In this document: positions 47,321-59,038 of the stretch, piece after piece
Position numbering within the stretch: position 1 is the stretch's first letter
Layout of the letters: every line of letters begins with the position of its first letter
Source of the DNA: Candidatus Marinacidobacterales bacterium
GTDB lineage: Bacteria > Acidobacteriota > Vicinamibacteria > Marinacidobacterales > SMYC01
Direction: 5' to 3'
DNA length: 64,000 bases
NCBI GenBank assembly: GCA_965237955.1
Contig: OZ250169.1
Coordinates: 32,001 to 96,000 of the forward strand
Program-made: the position numbers and the translations under genes
The notes under the pieces: generated by a model
The model's input: the letters and a program-made list of their open reading frames with translations, nothing else
What the model was told of the DNA's origin: nothing
Database searches by the model: none

Positions 47321-50276
47321 TTAAAACTGGAAGCGCAGTCCGATTCTCAGGATACGGGGTGTTTCGATCGACGAGACCTGCAGGAATTGCGGTACGTCGA
47401 ATTTCAGTGACCTAAAGGACGTAACTCGGTTAGTGTTGGTTACATTAAACACGTCGAGGATGAGCCCGATCTTCATTCCGTCCCCGAACGGAAACTGCTT
47501 TTCCACTCGGAGGTCGAGGTTGTGTCTGAAGTCGAACCGGCGTAAACCCCTTGGCTCCCCAGCCACATCGATGTTGCTCTCCACCACGATTTCGGGAATA
47601 CCGACAGGAGCCGGCCTACAACCGCCGCCGCCGCCGCTATGGCCTTTGGTTGCGACGCGGGGGCGGCAGAGTGGGAAATGGCGCACCGTGTAGGCTCCCG
47701 GAGACAGGTCGGCCTGCAAAGGTTGGAAGATGTGGATGGGAATACCGGTCGAGCCCTGGTAGAAGCCGCTCACGAGAATATCGTAGGGCAACGTGTAGGT
47801 CCCCTGGAACTTGATCTGGGTGGGAGCGTCCTGGTCCAGCGGTCCTTCCGCATTGGTGAACGTATTGGGGTTGTCGTAGAGAAAGTTTACGAGGGTGGTG
47901 CCGACGAAGTTATTGCCGATGTTGCCGTTGGTGTCGCTGATGTCGAGCGCGGCCAGGAATTGCCAGCCGTCACGGAAGCGCTTGTGTGCGACAATCTCCA
48001 ATACGTTGTAGTTTCGGAAAAGTTCCCCCGCAAAGGTGGGGTTCGTCAAGTATATGACGGACTGGGACCCCAAGAATTCCGGTTTCAGGGCAAAGATGGT
48101 GAGGGGCGTGCCGTCGATTTGGTTGGACACGTTAATCGAGCGGTAATCATTAAACGGGTTTTGTTGGTCTCCTGTTGTCCGCCTTCTAACCGTATCAAAG
48201 AGGTTCTTCTCGCGCTTGATGATTCCTGCCACAGAGACGACGAAGTCCTTCGTCACCTCATGCTCGGCCTTGATCTGAAACGAATCTATCCAGGAATTTT
48301 CCACGTCGGGGTCGATGACGTCCGTTAAATCTCTAAAAGAGGGGTTCAAGACACGTCCGATAAGCCGTCCCTGCTCACCGTCCTGGAATACGAGGTCACC
48401 ATTCAGGTCGTTCCATTCGTACGTTTCGCCTCCTCCGATAGTGGGTACGGCGACGGAGAGGTCCTGGGTGACGAGCGTCTTGTAGTATCGCCCGTAACTG
48501 ACCTTATGGAAGTCCTTCGTTCCTCACCCAGGGCATACACCAGACCCACGCGCGGCGAGAGGTTGCTGAAGTTGATGAGGTCGTGGGTCTCCGGGAAGGT
48601 GGACACGGGGAACCAGCGGCCGCCACCCCGACTCTGCTCGGGAAGCCAGGCTTCCGAGCTCTCCCACCGGAGTCCCAGGTTCAGGGTGAGCCGATCTCCA
48701 ATTGTCATTGGTCTTGCGCAAACACTGCATAGGTGTCAACGTTCCGGGCTTGACTTGAAAGCGGCAGGTTCTCCAGGCGAACCCGGTAGGCCGCACCAAA
48801 GAGAAGTTGTTGCAGGACGTCTTCCCCACCGGGGAACTCAAACGACCGGTCGCTGTTAGGCCGGTCATTAAAGAAGCCTGCCTTGATCTCGTGTGAGCCA
48901 CCCGCCATCTCGCGGAAGTGCGAGAGATTAAGGTGAACTCCCCAACTACACCGGCACGGCACGCTCCTTACACCCTCGACGAGCCCCCCGAATTCCAGCT
49001 GTGTACCTTGGTCCCTATAGCCGACTGTGAAGTTAGGGTTGTTGGGATACGTATCAGTGCTCGACTTCCAGATCTGGTTGTACCGTGCCTCAAAAATGGT
49101 GTCTTCGTTCACTAGATGCGTCCATTTGAGGTGGAAGAGGTCCCCGCTATTGCGGAATTCGCTCCAGTTCTCCGGGGCGTCGACGTTATCAAAACCGCGA
49201 ACGTTTGCCGGATAAATAGTTCCGCGCTGGCGCGTGAGAGAGCCGCTCAGGATGCTGTTGCCCACCTGCCCGGTGACCTTGAAGAAGGCCTGTGTCGTAT
49301 CGCGAGTGTATGGCTGGGTGGGGACAACGGGTTGTTGCGTCTCAAAGTTCAGCCGACGGATACTGCCGAAGAACCAGATAGAATCTCGCTTGATCGGTCC
49401 CCCAAAAGTTCCGCCGTACTCCTGGTCCTTGATTACGCTTGCTCTTTCCTCGAGTTGCTCCTCTAGCTCGGGCGTGAGGTTGTCCGACTCCAAATCCTCG
49501 CCCTTGTAGTAATAGTTGACCGCGCCCGAGAACTCGTTCCCTCCTGACTTGGTCACGAAGTTGAAAACCCCACTCGTGGCCTGGCCAAACTCCGCGGGAA
49601 TACCCCCGGTCGTTATCTGGATTTCCTCTATCATGTCTATCGGGATACCGAACGCGAACACGCCGTTCGTGGTGTCCATGACACCCGCTCCGTCGACGGT
49701 GAAATAGTGCTCCCGGGGCCCGCCCCCGTGAACCGATATCCCCCCCATGGATTCGCGCTGGACGCCCGGCATCGACTTGATGAGAGAACTAGCATTGCGC
49801 CCCAGGGGGATGTTGTCGACGATATTTGTATCCATCGTGATCATCGTCTGCGAACTCTTGATGTCAACCAGTGGCGTTTCTCCGGTGACGGTAACGGTCT
49901 CCTCCACCCCGCCCGGCGACAGTGTCGCATTCACCTCGATGAGCTGCCCCGCAGACAGTTCCACTTGGTGAAAGGTCATCGTTCGAAATCCTGCCAACTC
50001 GATCACCACGGTGTAGTTTTTCGACGGCTTCAGCAACGGGACACGGTACGTACCCTGATCGGTCGTGGTTCGAACCTCGGTCGTGATGTTCTGTGGACTC
50101 GAGATCGTCACCGTCGCGCCCGGGACGGCAAGCCCCTGATCGTCCACGACCTTGCCGTAGATGGTTCCGTCCACCTGCTGCGCGAAGGCCGCCCCGCCGG
50201 CCAGCAATAGGGCCAGCGGCACTGCCATCAGGGCGCGCCATAACAGGCTCTCATGAGTCATTGCTTTGAATGTCAT
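47321..50276 (-). pseudogene. TonB-dependent receptor copy 2, with two 1-bp deletions (~48705, ~48505)
   Basis: Paralogue of copies 1 and 3, split over ORFs 48705..50330, 48403..48708 and 47321..48349. Confidence 0.88.
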
Positions 50277-50609
50277 CCTGGTACCTCCACTGAATATCCC
50301 ACCCGAACATGGGTAAAAGACTACTTCCAAAGAATGTGTCTTTTGACTTCTGGAAAAGGTTGAGAACGGCTAACTTGCCGCCCATATCAGCACTTGGGTT
50401 TCTGATGCAGATCGCTAGCCCCCTCAGTCAACGGCTGAATCATATATTACATATTGCAAGTTGAATAGTTAGTACCGAAAGTCAATCCATAAGTAGCTGG
50501 AAATAAGTGGATTAGCCGACCCATTTGCGAAATTATCCCATGTTCACAAATTTGGTTTTCATCTCGCCGACCGACGAGTAAGTTCGGACCCTCTCGATCA
50601 GATAATCCT

Positions 50610-51484
50610 GTGTCATGCTGCATCTCCTGGTCCGGGCTGAAAGTCGTAGTTGCCCGCGGGAAGGCGAGGCTTGTTGCCGATGCCATGACGACGGCAGTAG
50701 CCTGTCAGCGCGGGATAGGACAAGTTAGCCCCCTGAGCCACGAGCTCCTCATGCACTCGGACCAGGTTGCCTTCGCAGCTCTTATATAGAGCCAGGATGT
50801 CCTTCCGGTAGGGCGCCGCTTTCTCGCAACGTTCGAGCAAGGGGGGCTGGGCCGTGCCCTGTTCGACAACCTTGCGGACCGCTCCCCGGGAGATCCTCAG
50901 CGCGCGAGCGATCTTGCGCGTGCCGTGTCCCGCTGAGTGGAGCCTCAGGATCGCGGTTCGGGTGCTTTCGTCAAGCATCGGTCCACTCCTTGTCACAACG
51001 CCGGGCCGGTCACAGGAAGGAAATTTTTTGCAGAACCGCTACAGTGATGACCCTCGCCCCCGGGCTCCGCCACCGCTTTGGCTCGCTCTTTCACTCGCTG
51101 CCGGTACCGACCGCTCTGCGCTTGACGCTTCCTACGGCCCTTAGCTTTCGAACGGTACCTTTGCTGAGCCTTCCACTCCGACCACCGGCGCGCTTGCTCC
51201 CGGCACGACTCGCCACAATATCGACTCCACCAATGTTTTGGCCGAAAGCGCTTCTCGCACCCCTTCAGCAGACACCGGCGACGCGGACGTCGCTGTCCAC
51301 GCTTTCCTCTCCCTGCTTGATTTCTTCTGGACTTTGAAGGATCTTCTGGTGGGCCCACGGGAGGTCGTGCTCCCTGAAGGTCAAGTCTCGGGGAGGACTC
51401 CTTTTCCTCCCCGCAGCGTTTTCTATTCTACATCTCTACTCGCGCCACCAAGCAAGCAACCAGCCCTCTCGTCTCCCCGGTACA
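50610..51484 (-). mobile_element. Truncated IS21-like element: left end, Cys-rich accessory ORF (50993..51358) and IstA N-terminus (50613..50978)
   Basis: Probable end TGTACCGGGG at 51484; HTH MLDESTRTAILRL..GHGTRKIARAL...LSYPALT; the sequence breaks off into the TBDR2 upstream region. Confidence 0.7.
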
Positions 51485-51590
51485 TTTTTGGCGAGCACGC
51501 GCGGGTCTTTCCTCGATAGTGCTGAAGCTTGACTCCGGCAACCGCTTCGACTGAGCTTCTCGATACATCGAATATCGAGGAGATGAACCC

Positions 51591-52587
51591 ATGGCCGCGC
51601 GCAAGTCCACCAGAGTGAACCGCAAATACAAGACGAAGGTGTGTCCAGCAAAGCTAAGTACGAGATGAGGGATAGGCCCCTCGTGTCCGGGGTGCAGGCC
51701 CTGGTCGCAAACCGCCTTGAGCGGCCCTGGTCAAGAGCCAGGGTCGTGAGCGTCAAGGAAAAGGCACGCCAGACGTGTCAGGTAGGAGTTGGAAAGACGA
51801 GCGCAAGCGAACCACTGGTGAAGCGTCGTAATTGTAAGTTGATGTCAAAACCGAGGGGTCTTCGTTGCCTTGGGATAAGCGTTGGGGGAACCTGTTTACT
51901 GCCAACGTGGCATCCGGCGTTAAGGGGGCGTGAGTCCGACTCAGGCTCGTATTTGGAACTGGAGAACCTGTCGCCTCGATGCCAAGGGAGAAGTCCAAGT
52001 GGAAGCCCCACGAGGACCAGAGTACCGATGCGAGGCACAGGGGCGGAATGGCCTGTAGTAGCAGGGAAGGCCGTGCAATGCGGCTAGAGCAAAGGGGCCA
52101 TGCCATCCACGTTCTAGTCACAGGGTCAACCGCCCAGGCGGGAGGAGCCCATGATTAAAACGAAACCATTGGTCGATGGGAGCGTTCCCTTGAATGGTCA
52201 GATGGTAGGAGCCGTGTGAATGGAGACATTCACGCACGGTTCTGGGAGAGCGCGGGGGTGAGATTCCCCCGCGCCACTCACCTATCGCGTGACCAACTGG
52301 CGGTAGTACGAGCGTGGCCTCAGGAGCCGTGGCGACATCACCGTTTGGTTCTCAGACGAGGCGCGCGAAGCGTTGACACTTGACACCACCGAAAACAGAT
52401 CGACTCTTCGATCCGACGTTTCACAGCCGATGGGGCCTACGATACTCGGTCGGTGTACGAGCTGCTCGGTGAGGTCGGCACCGCGAACATCAAGATCGTG
52501 TTCCCACCTCGACGAGGAGCGGTTCCTTCGGACGGCGCCGAGGGCACGTGGGCGCGGCGGAACGCGACTCTCGAGACGATTCGCAAT
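51591..52587 (+). pseudogene. IS5 (IS903-group) transposase remnant hosting a group II intron
   Basis: Spliced frame MAARKSTRVNRKYKTK|YRVTNWR*YERGLRSRGDITVWF, followed after a deletion by FTADGAYD...IVFPPRRGA. Confidence 0.85.
51639..52282 (+). ncRNA. ORF-less group II intron (IIB, RmInt1/class D-like), 644 nt
   Basis: 5' GTGTG; domain V GAGCCGTGTGAATGGAGACATTCACGCACGGTTC; domain VI hairpin ending ACTCACC; EBS1 CTTCGTT (51860-66) pairs with exon GACGAAG; removal restores the host frame. Confidence 0.9.
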
Positions 52588-52754
52588 GAGAGTGCGAGGT
52601 TGTCCATGGTCGTCTCTCCGCCGTGCTTTTCGGCGGTCACGTGATTGACCTGATGGGTAGACGCGACAAAATCCTGGTGCACGAGACAGTATTCGCAGCA
52701 GCCCCGAGCTCGCTCAACCACCTGACGGCGAATCGCCGCCGACGGTCGGGTCAT
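52586..52754 (-). pseudogene. HNH endonuclease fragment (copy A)
   Basis: RARGCCEYC...HQVNH...KHGGET..DNLALS, cut off by the IS5 remnant. Confidence 0.75.
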
Positions 52755-52999
52755 CCACCTTGTTTCTTGAGCGTCCTCGCCTTCAGAAGACGCACCAAGT
52801 GCTCGAAGTGCTCGAAGGCGTCCAACTCAGAAGACTCGTCTTCTGTCAGCACACCTTGTCGATTCTTTTCCAGGAGGGCGTCGAGGCGAGACTGTTTCTC
52901 CTTGGACATACGAAAGGACGACAACCGCACGGCGTCCGCACTGTCCGCCAGGAGGTCGACCAGTTCATCATAAACAGCCGATTCTTGAGTCGAACTCAT
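52751..52999 (-). CDS. Small acidic protein translationally coupled to the HNH gene (putative antitoxin-like partner)
   Basis: 82 aa; QSRLDALLEKNRQGVLTEDESSELD; ATGA overlap with the HNH start; RBS GGAGG. Confidence 0.7.
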   Translation of the reverse strand: MSSTQESAVYDELVDLLADSADAVRLSSFRMSKEKQSRLDALLEKNRQGVLTEDESSELDAFEHFEHLVRLLKARTLKKQGG

Positions 53000-53160
53000 C
53001 TCCGCCTCCATCCGCGAAGCGTATGCACAAGTCAATTATACGTGATCCCGATCCCGTTCGCTTCTGGCGGGCTGCTTCAACCAGGGCGCATCATTATTAA
53101 TAGTAAGCTACATTATGTGGCTTGGTCGGAGCCTGCGGTAACGAGGGGCCCGCTTTGACC

Positions 53161-54475
<1,315 letters not shown>

Positions 54476-54701
54476 ACCAACCACGATTTGGCACAATGCT
54501 CGATTTCGTCACGCTTAGATGACAATGTGAACGGGGAGCTGTATTAACTCCGGCTGGAAAGGACAGACAAGATCCATGGAACAGATTGCGGCCCTGGAGG
54601 CGTGAGCTGCTGTTCTATGGAACCGGCTGCGGAGCTAAAACGCCCCGCCTCCAATTGTCTGCCACGTTTGACTCCAGACATCGGCCAAACAATAATCCGC
54701 C

Positions 54702-56768
54702 GTGCTCCTTTTCTTCCTCGCCGTGACCGTCGCTGCCTCACAGGCGACGGGCGATCCCTCCATGTACAGCATCGAGCTTTTGCCCACACCCGATATGCGC
54801 GGGGTGGGCGGCGTGGTCGAGCTCGGTTGGGTTCAGTCTCCTTTCGGTATGGCGGTGACCCGGGAGGGGCACCATGTTTACGACATCAGCGTGCGCATCG
54901 AGGGTCTCCCCGATCCGACGAGCCTTGGCGATTACATGACGTACGTCGCGTGGGCTACCACACCCCTGCTGACTCCAATGCTGAGACTGGGAGAGGTCGA
55001 AAACGGCTGGAACGAAGGGGTAGGGCAAGTCGCGTTCAACAAATTCACCATCATGATCTCGGCGGAGGTCTCTCCAGATGTCACCGATCGAAAGGGCCGC
55101 CTCGTCTTGAGAGGCATGTCTCCCAGCAGTCACATGATGCCGGATAGCCACTTGATGCTTCCGGCTAAACCTTTCAGCCAAGCGGCCCACCATGGTGGTG
55201 ACGGCTGGACCCATCCGCCCATGCATCCGATGGTGAGGATGATTCCAGGAATGGAAGGACTTCGTCCGCGCTCGGAACCCTATCTCCCTAGGGTCGACGA
55301 CCTCGACGCGGTGCCTGACGCGAGACCTCGGGAGCTCGTGGAGCTCGCGGACGGGCAAACGCTCGACCTCATCGCCGCTCCTGTGAGACGCAGCATCCTG
55401 GGGCACACCTACATCATGTATGGTTTCAACGGTCAGTATCCGGGGCCACTCATCCAGGTCAATCAGAAGTCCACGATATTCGTGAACTTCACCAACCTGA
55501 CCGAGCGCTCCACGACCGTGCATTGGCATGGCGTGCGTCTCGATAATCCGTTCGACGGTGTGCCCGGAGTGACGCAGGACCCGGTGGCGCCCGGGGAGAC
55601 GTTCCAGTATCGGATCTTCTTTCGAGATGCCGGAATCTACTGGTACCACCCACACCACCGGGAGGACATCCAGCAGGACCTCGGGCTTTACGGCAACATG
55701 CTGGTTCGACCTCCGAGCCCGACCTACTTCAATCCGGTCAACCGAGAAGAGATCCTCATGTTGGATGACCTTCTCGTCACCGAGGACGGTCTCTTTCCGT
55801 TTGGCGAGGAGAGGGCGACACACTCTCTGATGGGAAGGTTCGGGAATGTCTTCCTTATTAATGGAGAGCCAGAATATCAGTTGTCGGTGAAGCGGGGAGA
55901 GGTGGTGCGCTTCTTCTTGACCAACGTGTCCAATACCCGCACCTTCAACCTGTCTTTCGGTGACTTGACTATCAAGGTCGTCGGCTCGGATCTAAGCAAG
56001 TTCGAGCTGGAGACGTGGGCTGATTCGGTCGTGATCGCGCCTGCCGAACGTTACATCATTGAAGTCCGATTTCCAGACGCAGGAACACAGCTTCTGACGA
56101 ACCGTGTCCAAGGACTGAACCACATATTTGGCAACTTTTTCGCTGAAACCGAGGAACTGGGAAAAGTGCACGTCGCCACTGAGGAGGTGGCCACCGATCA
56201 CGGGACGAACTTTTCAACCCTTCGAGAGAACGCCGACGTCGCGGCGGACATTGCACGATACGAAGCGTATTTCGGGCGGGCGGTGGATCACGAGCTTGTC
56301 CTCACCCTGGAGCTCGAGAACCTTCCTCCCGCCGTGATGCAGCGGATGCGGGTCGACCGCGTTTACTTCAATCCGGTGGAGTGGGGCGGGACGATGCCGA
56401 TGATGAACTGGGTGAGCACGAGCTCAGAAGTGCGCTGGATTCTGCGTGATCCGAAGTCAAACCTCGAGAACATGGATATCGATTGGCGATTCAAAGTGGG
56501 GGACGTGGTCAAGATACGCCTGACCAACGATCGTGATGCGTTCCACGCCATGCAGCATCCCTTTCATGTCCATGGTCAGCGTTTTGTCGTTTTGTCCCAG
56601 AACGGCGTGCCCAACGAGAACCGGGTCTGGAAAGACACCGTGCTCTTGCCAGTCGGCACCACGATCGATATCCTTCTGGAGCTTTCGAATCCCGGGCGTT
56701 GGATGGCCCATTGTCATATCGCCGAACACTTGGAAGCGGGAATGAAGCTGGTTTTCACAGTAGATTGA
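54702..56768 (+). CDS. Multicopper oxidase with an extra N-terminal domain
   Basis: All four Cu motifs: HWHG, WYHPH, HPFHVHG, HCHIAEHLEAGM. Confidence 0.93.
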   Translation: MLLFFLAVTVAASQATGDPSMYSIELLPTPDMRGVGGVVELGWVQSPFGMAVTREGHHVYDISVRIEGLPDPTSLGDYMTYVAWATTPLLTPMLRLGEVENGWNEGVGQVAFNKFTIMISAEVSPDVTDRKGRLVLRGMSPSSHMMPDSHLMLPAKPFSQAAHHGGDGWTHPPMHPMVRMIPGMEGLRPRSEPYLPRVDDLDAVPDARPRELVELADGQTLDLIAAPVRRSILGHTYIMYGFNGQYPGPLIQVNQKSTIFVNFTNLTERSTTVHWHGVRLDNPFDGVPGVTQDPVAPGETFQYRIFFRDAGIYWYHPHHREDIQQDLGLYGNMLVRPPSPTYFNPVNREEILMLDDLLVTEDGLFPFGEERATHSLMGRFGNVFLINGEPEYQLSVKRGEVVRFFLTNVSNTRTFNLSFGDLTIKVVGSDLSKFELETWADSVVIAPAERYIIEVRFPDAGTQLLTNRVQGLNHIFGNFFAETEELGKVHVATEEVATDHGTNFSTLRENADVAADIARYEAYFGRAVDHELVLTLELENLPPAVMQRMRVDRVYFNPVEWGGTMPMMNWVSTSSEVRWILRDPKSNLENMDIDWRFKVGDVVKIRLTNDRDAFHAMQHPFHVHGQRFVVLSQNGVPNENRVWKDTVLLPVGTTIDILLELSNPGRWMAHCHIAEHLEAGMKLVFTVD

Positions 56769-56778
56769 GGAGGAGTTC

Positions 56779-58203
56779 ATGCGACGTCAAGCCATGATCG
56801 CCGCGGCGGTTCTTTTCTTGTCGTCGGGGTCTTTGTACGCACAGCCGGCATCGTCTTTGTCCGAGGACGCGAAGGAGTTCGTTAGCTTCGACGCTACAAC
56901 GATCGCGCTCACTCATGTGCTACTGGTCGACGGAACGGGGGCGGCCCCGAAAAAAGACCAGACCATCGTCATCAAAGATGGTGCGATCGCGGCAGTAGGG
57001 GAGTCGTCCCAAGTCAGTATTCCTGTCGGCGCGGAGGTCTTCGACCTCAAGGGTCACACCGTGATTCCGGGCATTGTGGGACTTCATAATCATACTTTCT
57101 ATACGACCAACCGCCGTACTTCCCAGATTAATGTGAGTGCTCCACGACTCTACTTGGCGAGCGGGGTCACGACGATCCGAACAACCGGGGGCTTCTCTCC
57201 GTATAGCGAGATCAACATGAAGCGTTCCATCGAAGAGGGGGAGGCGGTGGGACCTCGCATGCACATCACCGGTCCTTACATCTCGGGACCGGGGTCGCGT
57301 GCCAGCATGGCGCAAGTTTCTACCCCCGAAGACGCGCGGCGCGTGGTTGCCTACTGGGCGGAGGAGGGAGCGACCTGGTTCAAGGCCTATACGCGTATCT
57401 CTCGTGCGGAGCTGGCTGCTGCGATCGACGAAGCGCACAAGCGCGGCCTCAAGTTCACGGGACACCTCTGCTCGGTTTCATTCTCCGAGGCCGTCGACCT
57501 AGGGATCGACAACCTGGAGCACGGCTACTTTACGAATAGTGATTGGCATGCCGGGAAGAAGCCGGACGAATGCCCGACCGATCTCGAGGAAAGCTTGAGA
57601 GATCTCGACATATCCAGCGACGAGGTCCAAGCGACGATCCGACACATGGTGGACAACGGCGTGGCGATGACGTCCACCCTCGCGATCTACGAGCTCTACG
57701 TACCCGGCCGTCCGCCGCTCGAGGACCGGAACCTCCAGGCACTCTCTCCGGGTGCGCGAGAGGAGTACCTCGCAGCGCGGGCAGAGATCGCAGCCGAGGC
57801 AGAAGAGTCGAACATGAAGAACTTGTTTCCGCGCGCCCTGGCATTCGAGTACGCGTTCGTGCAAGCGGGCGGGCTCTTGGCGGCGGGTGTGGATCCCACG
57901 GGGAACGGTGGTGCGCTACCGGGCTTTGGAGATCAGAGAAACTACGAGTTACTCCTTGAGGCAGAATTCACGCCGGTGGAGACCTTCCAGATCATGACCC
58001 TCAACGGCGCGAAGGTCCTCGGCCTGGAAGATCAGATCGGAAGCGTCGAGCCCGGCAAGCTGGCCGACTTGGTGGTCATCAAGGGAGATCCGGTGCAGGT
58101 GCCGTCCGACATTCGCAACGTGGTGACTGTATTCAAGGACGGAGTGGGTTACGATTCGAAAAAACTCATCGACTCCGTGAACGGGCAAGTGGGGCTTCAG
58201 TAA
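56779..58203 (+). CDS. Exported metal-dependent amidohydrolase
   Basis: VIPGIVGLHNH, SGVTTIR, NLEHG, GSVEPGKLADLVV; signal peptide. Confidence 0.9.
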   Translation: MRRQAMIAAAVLFLSSGSLYAQPASSLSEDAKEFVSFDATTIALTHVLLVDGTGAAPKKDQTIVIKDGAIAAVGESSQVSIPVGAEVFDLKGHTVIPGIVGLHNHTFYTTNRRTSQINVSAPRLYLASGVTTIRTTGGFSPYSEINMKRSIEEGEAVGPRMHITGPYISGPGSRASMAQVSTPEDARRVVAYWAEEGATWFKAYTRISRAELAAAIDEAHKRGLKFTGHLCSVSFSEAVDLGIDNLEHGYFTNSDWHAGKKPDECPTDLEESLRDLDISSDEVQATIRHMVDNGVAMTSTLAIYELYVPGRPPLEDRNLQALSPGAREEYLAARAEIAAEAEESNMKNLFPRALAFEYAFVQAGGLLAAGVDPTGNGGALPGFGDQRNYELLLEAEFTPVETFQIMTLNGAKVLGLEDQIGSVEPGKLADLVVIKGDPVQVPSDIRNVVTVFKDGVGYDSKKLIDSVNGQVGLQ

Positions 58204-58268
58204 GCTCCGAGTACGATGATGGGTAGACCTGCAATTCTTGTCCCGCTCTTCCTGGCGGCCGTCGATTC

Positions 58269-58650
58269 ATAGGAACTTTGACCGAAGCTTCGTGAGTGAT
58301 GACTCGCGCCGAAAACTCGAGCGCGTCGATTTTTTGCAGTGGCGGCGAAAGCTCAATCTGGTCGTGGTGAGAGGATTTGGGAGCGTAGAGAACATGAGGG
58401 CTGCCTGGGCTCCATTGCATTCTGGATAGACTCACGGGGGATCGGAGCATGTAGCGTGCGACGTTTTCGAGAGTTTTTCTCTCACCTGCAGGGATACGAA
58501 CGGAATCATCGATGTTGAAGCCACTCGTGTTCCACGAGAGAAGGAGCTCGATGCGCTCATCGCTCAGAAGCTGACTTCCTCACTACCGAAATCTGGACTC
58601 CCGCGGGTCTGGTCACGTTCTACGTCTTTTTCGTCATTCAACTAAAGACC
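58269..58650 (+). mobile_element. Decayed integrase-core (rve) element remnant
   Basis: 58571-58650 translates ADFLTTEIWTPAGLVTFYVFFVIQLKT, typical of integrase-core-domain transposases. It is preceded by the motif ATAGGAACTTTGACC also found at 19127. Confidence 0.55.
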
Positions 58651-58946
58651 CTTGGCAGATCGCGAAATGAGCCGATGCAGGAAAGTTGATCCGCTGCCTC
58701 GACGATCGTTGCGCCAAATGGCATGATCTGGTCACATGAACTCCTGATCGTGATTCTTGCAACCGGGGCCGCGGTGTATCTCATGGCGGAGGCGTCGCCG
58801 CTCTCACAAGCTCGGTTCGCCCTCTTCCGCTCGTCAGCCTCGAGCCACGTCTTGAAGCGGCCGGGTTGAAGCGTACGGTGCCGCTCGGTAAAACACCGTT
58901 TCGCTTTCGCTTGACGGTTGACAGCGCCAGCCCTGGCGCACACAAG

Positions 58947-58985
58947 AAAAGAACCGGGGCGCCACCACTAGTGGCGCCCCGGTTT
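58947..58985 (-). terminator. Terminator of TBDR copy 3
   Basis: Same GC hairpin plus U-tract as the other copies. Confidence 0.85.
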
Positions 58986-59038
58986 GTGTCGTCCTTGGAG
59001 ACCGAGAGGTTTAGGTCTTGTTTACCTCCCAAGCCTTG

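Noticed and set aside
53092-53123. dif/Xer-like site (AGTAA-GCTACA-TTATGT)
   Set aside because: Only the inner bases match; the outer XerC and XerD arms do not.
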